Shown here: in pieces, positions 53,541 to 64,000 of the stretch
Layout: each line of letters opens with the position of its first letter
Numbering within the stretch: position 1 is the stretch's first letter
Origin: Octopus vulgaris
Lineage: Eukaryota
Assembly (NCBI GenBank): GCA_951406725.2
Contig: OX597814.1
Span: forward strand, 224,316,001-224,380,000
Length of the DNA: 64,000 nucleotides
Direction: 5' to 3'
Translations under genes and position numbers: made by a program
Notes under the pieces: model-generated
The model's database searches: none
Told to the model about the DNA's origin: nothing
The model's input: the letters and a program-made list of their open reading frames with translations, nothing else

Positions 53541-54661
53541 CACAGAAAGGGAAGAATTAACAGAAGAAAGATAAAATAAATCAAAATAAAAGGGAGTGAT
53601 GGTAAGAAGAGAAAATGAAGAGAAGAATGAGATGGGGAGAACATAGATAGATAGTTAGAAATAAAGAAAAAATTGATTGTAGATGCACAATTCCAAGCGG
53701 TCTCTTTATATCCACTTGCGTTTATCTCCCTCCCTCTCTCACATTTCTTGGCACTCCCTTCATTCTTATCACTTTCCCTCATCCTTTACCTCACTCTGTC
53801 CTCTTCCTTTTTTCTCTCTTTCTCGTCCCTCCACAATTCTTCAATCCCTCTACCCACTAACTCTCTCCTCTCCTTCCACGTGACCCGTGTTCGGCGAAAC
53901 CTGACCATTCCTTCTTGCTTCGATTACCATCCGTGTAGCATCTTTTGTATTTCTTCCCATGACTTTTATCTTCTATTTTCCACACACACCAGCTTAATTT
54001 AATTCGTCCTTAGTCGAAAGGCACCTGTTGTTAATGTCCTGCTGTTTGTATTTATAATTGTGTACCATTTCTCCGTTTTTTTTTTTCGTCCTTGTTTTCT
54101 TATACATTCGCTTGCTTTCTTCAAAAGAATCTAGTGCTCTTAGTTTAGATTTTCTTGGGGCCGGCCAGATTAGAGCAGTCTCAATATTAACCGGCCGAAA
54201 CTGCAAAGACGGTCTGCTTCTCGACTGATGATTGAAAGCTCCGAATAACCCGTCCTTCTTTTTTCCTCTCCTGTTTTGTATCATCTAACTGTCCGAATGT
54301 TTTGTTGTCGCCTGTTACGTTCTTGGTCCATTTTTTGTTCTGATATATATATATATATATATATATATTCGTTGCTATTATGAAGAAGTGTCGTAAGTCC
54401 AAAACGTTGCTTTTTCAAAAACAGAAAAAATAGTTTCACCAATCCATGGCAAATCCGTTGTACTAAACTTTGACAATTTTTGATATCTTGATATTTGAAG
54501 CAGCTGGAGATACGGTAGTTTGACCAAAAGAAACCGCTATTGCAAGCAAAAAGTATATTGAAAAAAAATGCATTTGGCCAAATTTGGAAAAATGACAGTT
54601 TAACATAATAGCAATGATATGCTTGTGTGTTTGCGTGTACGTATGTATCTACTTAAGTATG

Positions 54662-54693
<32 letters not shown>

Positions 54694-54734
54694 TGTATGT
54701 ATGTATGTATATATATATATATATATATATATAG

Positions 54735-55081
54735 GAGGAGCAGGAGACCCCACTTCGGTCATGAATGACCATGGGATTGCACCTAGAAAGTTATCCCCCG
54801 AGGCACAAGGCAGGACAAGATTGTTTGTGGGAGGCTAGTAGTCACCCATGCATACCAGCCCCCCCTCTCCGCACCACTGAAGTTATCCAAGGGAAAGGCA
54901 AAGGGGCTGATACAGCTTGGCAACAGTGATGTCGCAACTCATTTCTACAGCTGAGTGGACTGGAGCAACAGGAAATAAAGTGTCTTGCTCAAGAACACAA
55001 CACGCAGCCAAGTCCGGGAATAGAACTCACAACCTCACGATCGTAAGCTCTACGCTCTAACCACTGAGCCATGCGCCTTCA
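54735..55081 (-). mobile_element. tRNA-derived SINE with C-related head and distinct tail
   Basis: Reverse complement GAAGGCGCATGGCTCAGTGGTTAGAGCG..GAGTTCTATTCCCGG..TGTTCTTGAGCAAGACACTT. Confidence 0.8.
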
Positions 55082-55101
55082 CACACACGCACACAAACAC
55101 A

Positions 55102-55174
<73 letters not shown>

Positions 55175-56060
55175 GCGTTTATAATATATTCATCAGCATG
55201 TATTTTATATATAATTTCGCATACACACACACGCATACAGATATATCTCTTCAGATGAATACAAATATCCAGTTTGAATTTGTACCATATCACATACAAA
55301 GAACATCTCACTGTTAAACATCACCGCATGTATATTCATTAATTCTTCCCATTTTGTTTATCTTTTCCTTCTTTCTTGCCTCTCTTGCTCCTTCCCTCAA
55401 CATTTCTTCCTTTTTTTCTCTCTCAGTGTCACCCCGACCACCCCGACCCCACTCTCTCTCGTTTTACTTATTGCCTTTCATTCCTATACATCAATATAAA
55501 CTTCTTTGTAACCTATCTGAATATAAAAAGACAAAACATATATATACATATATTTCAAAATAAAATATGCTTAATATAATTATAATATATTTCTAAAACT
55601 CCGTGGGATCGAGATGTGTAGAGATATATATCACTACCCTGTAAATAACACCATGTTACGGTGGTTATCGTTTTGAGAGCTCAGCCTTAGCAGCAGTAAC
55701 AGATGAAATTTAAGACCCGCCAGATTCCGCTGACTAAACGATTTGAAGTTTCTCAAGCTTTCCACATACCGCCAATACCATCAAACATGGTTATGCGATA
55801 CTAAAACCTGCATTCAGTCTCCTGTTGTGTGACACCACTAGCCAGCCAGATGGTACACTACAGAACAAAAGTATTAAACACACTACAGTGTGTATATATA
55901 TATATATATATATGCAATCATATATGCATGTGAGTACTTGTGTGTGTGTGAGAACTCCCGCTCACTTTTGCATTATTGGTTTTGTCTAAAGGAAGAGATC
56001 GTGCCCATGGGTGTATCAATCCGGAAATGTAGCATACATACATGCATAAATATACGCACG

Positions 56061-56136
<76 letters not shown>

Positions 56137-56188
56137 ACATTCGCACCAATTTAAGAAAAAAGATTTAGGCAATTGTATAAGTATAATT

Positions 56189-56424
56189 ATTCTTTTACTC
56201 TTTTACTTATTTCAGTCATTTGACTGCGGCCATGCTGGAGCACCGCCTTTAGTCGAACAAATCGACCCCAGAATGTATTCTTTGTAAGCCTTGTACTTAT
56301 CCCATCGATCCCTTTTGTCGAACCACTAATTTACGGGTAAGTAAACACACCGGTATCGGTTGTCAAGCGATGTTGAGGGTGACAAACACAGACAAGCAAC
56401 CATACATAATACATACATACATAC

Positions 56425-56474
<50 letters not shown>

Positions 56475-56628
56475 GACGGGCTTCTTTCTGTTTCCGTTTA
56501 CGAAATTTACTCACAAGGTTTTGGTCGGCCCGAGGCAATAGTAGAAGACACTTGACCAAGGTGCTACGCAGTGGGACTGAAACTGGAATAATGTGGTTGG
56601 GAAGCAAGCTTCTTACCACTCATGTGCC
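56189..56628 (-). mobile_element. SINE family A
   Basis: Family body and tail. Confidence 0.85.
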
Positions 56629-56659
56629 TATATATAACTTTTATATATTTTTTTATTTA

Positions 56660-57060
56660 CTAGCACTTACCACTTCCCAACACCCACACCACACACCATC
56701 ATCCGCGCATCCACACACGCACGCAATACAGACGCACACACTTACTCACGCAAACATCCACACGTCAAACTCACTAGCCCTTATCTACACGCACACATTT
56801 ACACACTCTCACATACACACACTTGGGCACACCTTCGTTCTGGGACCAGCAGTACTTTATTATCTCCCCGTCTTCCTAGCTCTCCTGTCCAGCTACCTTT
56901 TTCCAACCAATCCCCATGATTGACCGCCAATCCACAAGATTTTTAAAATTTTCTCTCTGTTTATTTTCTCATGTTCTTTTCTGTTGAAGAGCATAGGCTC
57001 GAAACGTAAAAGACTTTCTCACCTTTCCGAGCGTCAAACTAACACGCCAGCTTGTTGTTT
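56660..57060 (+). mobile_element. Penelope-like terminal fragment ending at (TA)n, with variant hammerhead at 56975-57013
   Basis: CTGTTGA-A-GAGC atag GCTC-GAAA-C-GTA-AAAGA. Confidence 0.6.
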
Positions 57061-57224
57061 ATATATATATATATATATATCAATTTCAACTATATATATG
57101 TGTGTGTGTGTATATATACATTTGAAAAATAAATAAATAAATATATATATATGTACGTATATATGTATATATATATGCATGTATGTATGTATACATGTAT
57201 GTATGTATGTATGTATGTATGCTT

Positions 57225-58106
57225 GGTCTGATCAATAAGTATCCGGGTTGTTGCTATAGTAACAAAGCTGAAGCACCCAGTGAAGTCGCTGGACACAGAT
57301 TAACCTTGAACTCTGCTGTGCATGCGCACTAAGTTTTAACGTTCTTGCTCATTTCGCTGTTTACAGCAGTGCTTGGAAGGAAGGTGTGTAGTGTGTTGAG
57401 TAGAAGATCTGCATCAAATTTTACCAAAAGCTTGGAGATACCTTCTCAGAGGCCTATGCAAAGTTTTCAAAAAGTTTTCAGTGTTCCCGACACAGTCAAG
57501 GAGATTTTGCGCAACTGAAATCCGAGTGTCTCCTTGGTCAGCTGAAAGCAGTTTTGGCACAAAGTTGCCAGACACCAAATCTTCATCTCAAATCTCATTA
57601 CCAAATCTTCAGTGATAATGGACTGGACTGAACTGAACCGTAACTAATCTGTACATCCTCTGATAACTCACCGACGGTGATTCGACGATTTCATCTCACA
57701 GTTGCACGCATCTATGCGATGCTTTTCTCGGTTCTGCTGGTTGCAGGTGTCCTAGAACGTTCGTCAATATCGACATTTTTTGCAGCCTTCTTGGAAACGT
57801 CTGAAATACTCGTACACTTGTGTGCGGCTCATACACTCCTCTCCATACACTTTCTGCAACATTGCGTAGGCCTCTGAGCAAGTATCGCCATCACAAATTT
57901 CTCTGTCGTGGTCAATTCGGTGATCACATGCTACACAACTTCCTTCCCAGCACTGCTATAGATAGTGGTGGAAGTAAGGTAGAACGTTAAAACTAAGTGC
58001 AAATGAACAGCAAAGTTAAAGGTCAATATGTGCCCAGCGGCTTTACTCTGCGTGCTTTAACTTCGTTACTATGGCAATAGTCCGGATAACTATTGATCAG
58101 ACCTCG
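57225..58106. mobile_element. Mariner-derived foldback element with ~170-bp inverted arms
   Basis: TIR GGTCTGATCAATAAGTATCCGG / CCGGATAACTATTGATCAGACCTCG|TA; minus-strand HTH remnant LQKVYGEECMSRTQVYEYFRRFQEG. Confidence 0.75.
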
Positions 58107-58900
58107 TATGTATATATATATTCTATACTGGTATGTAATCAGTTACGATCACGGTTGTTGTAGTTGTAGTAGTAGTAGTACTAAATATAATAGTAGTCAC
58201 GTGACAATTTTATTTACATACTAAGTGCAATACTCTGTTTTCCAGGCAGTCATTTAACAATGTCTCTCGAAGCAAATAATGTTATAGATAATAACTCGTA
58301 ACGTATTGAATGGAAACCATTTTTTATAGAGGAGAAAAAAAGACAAAACTCCCCAAGTCTGTCCGTGGGATTCGAACCAAGCATCTTCTGTAACGAGACA
58401 GACGTAGTAACTCACTGCATAGGAGAAGTCTTTTCAAAGTTACGTTTTTGAAATTGGTTACTTAGTAAAAGGTGTGTGGTTCGAATCCCGTGAGTACCTT
58501 TTGATCATTTTTCTTTCCCCTTGTCTCTATATCCAAGCAGTTTTAACCGAGTGTATTGTAAACTATGTATAATATAGTTGTAAGACGGTGAGATGGCAAA
58601 ATCTTTAGCGCATCAATCAAAATGCTTAGCAACATTTCCCTGCCTCTTTACATCCTTAGTTCAAATATGGCCAAGGAAAATTTTACCTTTCATCTTTTCG
58701 GGGTCGATAAAATAAGTCCCAGTTGAGCACTGGAGTCAGTGTAATCGGCTCTCCCTTCCCGCCTGGTTTGTTGACCTTATGTCAACAATTATAAATACCT
58801 GTATTAACTTGGTGATACACTGTTATATAATTTGTTTGGAATTTTATGCTTACGTTTATAAAAATAATTTGAGAAAATTACTTTAAAAATATAACGATAA

Positions 58901-59196
58901 ACGTCGCCCTTTTCAAGCCTATCCAGGCTCATGGGCCCGGTTTCTCCGTTTCTGTGGCGTATGTGTTCCCCCACCCCAGCTGGACGGTACGCCAGTCCAT
59001 CGCGGCGTTACTCAGGAAACAGGAAGAGAGAGTGAGAAAAAGTACAAGAGGGGTCACCTCAATCCCCTGGCGGAGCCGCGTGGAACTTTTAGGTGTTTTC
59101 GTTCAATAAACACACACAACGCCCGGTCTGGGAATCGAAACCGCGATCCTCCGATCGCGAGTCCGCTGCTCTAACCACTGGGCCACTGGGCCTCCA
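58901..59196 (-). mobile_element. SINE family C (full length)
   Basis: Reverse complement of 11861-12168. Confidence 0.9.
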
Positions 59197-60361
59197 CTTT
59201 AGAAATATACTGTACTAATTTTTATTAGTCTAAATGAAATATTTTCTCATCAGTAACTACTCCAACTAAAAAAAAAAATCTTGTTTATTTTATAATCAGT
59301 AATTAAAAAGAACAAATCTTTGAAAAGTGTCAGATGTGACCTTCTCTTTAAAAAGAAGAATTTCTATGGAAATTATCAGCCACGCAGCTGCAAAATTGTG
59401 ACTTACAACAAGCAAACTGTGTGAAATGGAACTAGTATAATGTCATATTCCTTTCTACTATAGGCACTAGGCCTGGAGATTTAAGGGACGGGTGTAATCG
59501 GTTACATCGTCCCCAGTGCTCAACAGGTACTCATATTATCTATCCCGAAAGAGATGGAAGACAAAGTCGACCGCGGCGGAATTTGATCTCAAACCAAAAG
59601 ACATACGAAATGCTGACTAGTTTGTCTGTCGTGCTAACGACTCTGCTAGCTCGTTGCCGTCTAACACGATGTCATACAATCATGCAATTTAAAACCAGTT
59701 TAACAAAGTGTGAGAAAATGTCGTGAAGTTATCGCTTAAACAGAAAATTGTCAAAGAATAAAATATTTTTCGGGTACAGTAATTTTCTTAGTCTTTGAAT
59801 TTTAATTTTTGCTCATTAAATTATGCTTAGAACTCATGTAACTGAAACCGAGCGATGTTTTCTCAAAAATATTTCTTTATGTCGTCTTAGAAACGGATTT
59901 AATGTGGGTCAACCATCTTCTGTTGCAGATAAAACCAGTTGTTTAAAAAAATCCAATATTAATTATAAATAAAATAGATGTACGACTGCTACTGACGAAT
60001 AAAATTAGAAATAAAATTGCCATCTCTGGATGGTACTGGATTGCACTTAAATACAGTAGCAACCTCAGATGGCGATCAAAGACAGCAGAGTTCCTCAGAA
60101 TGAGTGGCGGGTTCTTGTTCTCTTTCTCCATGAGACAAGTTTTACATTCTGTCGGTACGTTACTGCGTGCCTGAATTATCCAGGTTTTGTTCATTAGAAT
60201 TATTTCCCCTGGCTCACTTTTGGCAATTATGGAAATTGTATTGTCCAAAAAGTTTTCTTAGCCTTTTTCTAATTCAAAAACTTCCCTCAATTGATCAAAG
60301 AAGGTTCACACAGGCACGGTTACATACACGGGCGCACACACATGTAAGATAATATACAGTA

Positions 60362-60747
60362 CAGTAATTCCTCGCCATACCGCGGTTCACATATAGCGGT
60401 TTACTATTTAAGCTTACGTCGATTCCCTCGTGGTGTTGTTTTGCATTTATAGTAAAACAAATATATACAAATAAAAGTAATTTTTAAAAATATACAGTAC
60501 AGTAGTTTCTTATTTCTTTACTACCCACAAGGGGCTAAACACAGAGGATACAAACAAGGACAGACAAAGGGATTAAGTCGATTACATCGACCCCAGTGCG
60601 CAACTGGTACTAAATTTATCGACTCAGAAAGGATGAAAGGCAAAGTCGACCTCGGCGGAATTTGAACTCAGAACGTAATGGCCGACGGATTTTCACCTAC
60701 CGCGGGTTTTGGGGAACGTAACACCCGCGATAGTCGAGGGATTACTG
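60362..60747. mobile_element. Pogo/Tigger-like MITE containing a family B SINE (about 60509-60680, -)
   Basis: TA|CAGTAATTCCTCGCCATACCGCG ... CGCGATAGTCGAGGGATTACTG|TA. Confidence 0.75.
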
Positions 60748-61534
60748 TATATCTTTTGTGTACAAATAGATGTACGACTGCTACTGATGAGTTAGAGCTT
60801 CACGTAAGTTATAAGCATCCAATCTGCTTCCAAGATAGTTGTTTAGATACTATTACATGTATCTTGTAATATCGTTAAAAGCAGCGAGCCTTTAACAATA
60901 TTATTAAATTGTGTAACTGTCAAAAATTATATTGAGTGGTTATTTACTCTGAAAGCTGAAGAATTTTACGTCCGGGGTATCAAAATTTTGCGAAATAGAT
61001 AGCATTATGTTAATAACGAAGAGGAAATATCTTGATTAAATAGATAAATTAAGACTTAAGAATTATTTTGTCTTTTTCCCATTTTGAAATGCAAGAAGGC
61101 TTCCTTTTAAACTTAACACACACACATACACATACACACACAGAGTCTAATGGTGGTCTGCCTCTGGGCAGGTTTGTGCATATTAATATTCTCCAACACT
61201 CTCTATACGACCTGGGAGGGCTCGCACTATCCTCTGCCGCCATTATGTATACTACTGGAATTATGGTGATTCCTGATATTAGACTTGAAAGGAATACTGA
61301 AGTAGTTTCTTGTTGCCTTCCCCAGGCAGGCGGGATCTGAACGCAGAATGTAGGGATCCGGAAGATATGCGTTTCTGGCACTCTCTTATCCACTAGAGCA
61401 ACGTGAAATGAAGTGTTTTACTCAGGAATGCAACATGCCGCACGGGTCCACGATCACTTGATCCTGAGTGCAACATTCAAATCACCAGGACACGCGCCGG
61501 CAGAATCGTGTATATATATATATATATATATATA

Positions 61535-62425
61535 CGAGGGGTGTATGAAAAGTTTTGAGCCTAAACTAGAAACAGGGCTGCTAGATAGCTGAAACAAATT
61601 TTCTAGTAGGTACAGTCTTTTCTGAGTATTCTTGCTCATTTTCATGATTCTGATATTTTAATTTTATTTTATTTTTTTGTTGCAGATTTTTGAATGAACA
61701 AGTGTCGAGGTTACAAGGAAAATGGAGAAAACTGAGTATCGTGCTGTCATAAAGTACTTTCATTTGAAAGACATGACGCCATCAGAAATCCATGAAGATA
61801 TGGTGAGAAACTTAACAGACAATGCTTCTTCATATGCAGCAGTCAAACGTTGGGTAAATGAATTCAAGCGTGGCAAGGAGAGTGTGAAAAATGATCCCAG
61901 ACCAGGGAAACCTCCAACTGCAGCCAACAAGGACAACATTGACCTTGCTCTTGGGGTGATAATGCAAGATCGCCGAATATCATGCCGTCAAAGCCGAAAG
62001 AGTGTGAATCTTAATTGAAAGAGCAGACAGCATTGTGACAAAAGAACTTGGGTTCTTAAAGGTTTTCGCAGGGTGGGTCCCTCGCCTTTTTGATTCCTGA
62101 ACAGAAACGCACCGGGTGCACTTTGTCCATGAGCAATCTGAAACTGTTTGAAGCCGATGAAGAGAATTTTTTTGCTCGTTTCATTACTATGAACGAGAGT
62201 TGGGTTCATCACTATCAGTCAAAGAACAATCAACAATCATAGACGCTGTAGGAAGTTTCTTGGTGTCTCAAACAAAAGAATTCTTCTTCGCCAGGATAAT
62301 GGCGCTTCAGCACCGCTAGAGAAAAAAGTGTTCAGCTATCGAGGGAGACTATGTTGAAAAATAAATCACCAGAAGTCATGTACCATGTTTTTTTTTGAGG
62401 CTCAAGGCTTTTCATAGACCCCGCG
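61535..62425 (+). mobile_element. Mariner element with internal deletion
   Basis: TIRs CGAGGGGTGTATGAAAAGTTTTGAGCCT / AGGCTCAAGGCTTTTCATAGACCCCGCG with TA TSD. ORF 61722-62018 is a mariner HTH (EYRAVIKY, W..EFKRG, DPRPGKP), followed by WVPRL and ITMNESWVHHY; most of the catalytic domain is missing. Confidence 0.9.
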
Positions 62426-62431
62426 TATATA

Positions 62432-62506
<75 letters not shown>

Positions 62507-62536
62507 ATGTGTGTAAGAAGTACTATTTATTTAAAC

Positions 62537-62870
62537 CAGGGTTTCTCAAGCATTTTTATCTATAGATCTCTTCGATTATTATTTTATTCTGATGCTCCCT
62601 GCCGAACCAATAGGATGTTTAAAAACTACTTCAAAATTCCAATTTTGTTTCTCACTTAATAACTTTTGTAGGTTGAATTATGTAAAATGTTAGAGAAAGA
62701 AACTTAGCTGTTTCTTTAAATACATAACACTACATACATTTAATGCAAAATCTTTTCAGGGACCCTTTTAAAATGCTATTGGACACCCAGTTTACTATTT
62801 TGTTACTTGGATCCCCAAAATTCTAATATGGACTCTCCGGCGCCATATGGATCCCGTTTGAGAACCACTG
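62537..62870. mobile_element. hAT (Charlie-like) MITE
   Basis: TIR CAGGGTTTCTCAA / TTGAGAACCACTG with a perfect 8-bp TSD ATTTAAAC. Confidence 0.85.
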
Positions 62871-63293
62871 ATTTAAACTGTCTTTTATCAGTTGAGAGAG
62901 GTTTTCTAGGTTGAAGCAATTGAATGGACCAGTTCACTCGGCTGTGAATGATTACAGAAGTACAGTGGAACTGTCAATGTATCAGCTGCGTCAGTTGTTT
63001 TTAAATTGGTGTTTGGCTGTTATGTTCATTCGTCTGTGTGGCTCTCATTTGGGGATTCATTCTACATATGCTACTGAAAGATGCAACTTTATGGACTGGT
63101 AATTTGTATTATCGATCCCAAGGGGAAGAAAACTACAGCTTGGCATTAGCAGGATATGAACTCAGAACTTAATGAACCGGAAGAAATATCGCATAGAATG
63201 TTTTCCGACTCCTTAACGATTCTGTCGATCCACCACCCTTGCTAAGCGCCTAATGTTTTAGACTCAGTTTATTTATTCTTTTCGAGTACTTAC

Positions 63294-63421
63294 GCAACTC
63301 CAAACGTCTGTTCGTCTGTATTATTTTTTGTGTCTGCTGCATAATTTGTGGTTATGTTAGTATTGTTTTGAGAAGTGGGGAGATTATAATAGCTAGACTG
63401 CTCGTGTGAAGTAGAAACCAT
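63294..63421 (-). CDS. Candidate host coding exon, N-glycosylation-sequon-rich (possibly a receptor N-terminus)
   Basis: Unique sequence. ATG follows a pyrimidine tract and encodes MVSTSHEQSSYYNLPTSQNNTNITTNYAADTKNNTDEQTFGV, ending at a consensus donor GC|GTAAGT. Confidence 0.4.
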
Positions 63422-64000
63422 TTGGGGAAAAGGGGGAAAAAAGAATCGAAAAGAAGACACAGGAGAAAACACTCTTACGGAAATCAAAACAAACATGGAA
63501 ATTGAGTGGATAAACAAACTCGATAAACTTGCTGATGAAAAAGGTTGATGGTGGCAGACAATATGGCCCCTGTAGATCGTCTGCTCGCACTTAAAGTTTG
63601 TAAGTTTCTGTATATGTTTATGTTGTGTGTCTCACCATCTTTGGTTTAGGCTACCAGACTTTTTTTCACTAAATTATATCTATTACCTTTTGGGGTTTTC
63701 GGTCATGGATCATAACATCCTGAGTACCTTTTTTTTCTGTTTTTTTTTCACTTCGATTTGTTTATACAATTGACGTATGACTTTCAATTGATATAATGGC
63801 TTTCATTGAAGTATATGCCTATATTACTATCAATGATGAAATAGGTTTTAGGAAATAGTAATATGCTAACACTATGAGGCATAGGTTGTAAAAGAAGGAG
63901 TCAAAAGCTTCTTAGTCACTTCGTGCGCTGAAATGTAATGGTAAATTCTACGCTTACATACCCACCCCATATCTACCATGCTTCTCATAGTAACAACGTT

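Noticed and set aside
54150-54210. GGCCGG..CCGGCC-GAAAC fold near a (TA)n junction
   Set aside because: No CUGANGA-like core; possibly a Penelope-like tail but unsupported.
59943-60248. Minus-strand 101-aa ORF
   Set aside because: No domain motif and no convincing splice pair.

Overview
AT-rich eukaryotic DNA saturated with microsatellites and transposable elements. The SINE repertoire looks like that of an octopus (inference from recognised repeat families; not database-verified). There is no complete protein-coding gene, and nearly all ORF-track entries are simple-repeat artefacts or decayed transposon fragments. Recognisable content includes at least four SINE-like families; LINE remnants of the R4/Dong, HERO, CRE, RTE, CR1 and Tx1/L1 types; Penelope-like elements with hammerhead ribozyme motifs; Tc1/mariner elements (including a DD41D element); hAT, pogo and Merlin-like MITEs; and Helitron/Helentron-type elements. 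One plausible host exon (minus strand, 63294-63421) suggests the window may be a very large intron. The main patterns worth following up are: (1) different retroelement families each sit in a different microsatellite; (2) a SINE has a Tx1-LINE-like 3' tail that repeatedly joins one internal site of its own family; (3) a composite element has a tRNA-like head, (AAT)n and a hammerhead; (4) hammerheads with a non-canonical core recur; (5) a foldback MITE carries telomeric repeats. Boundaries were read by eye and are approximate unless TSDs or TIRs are quoted.
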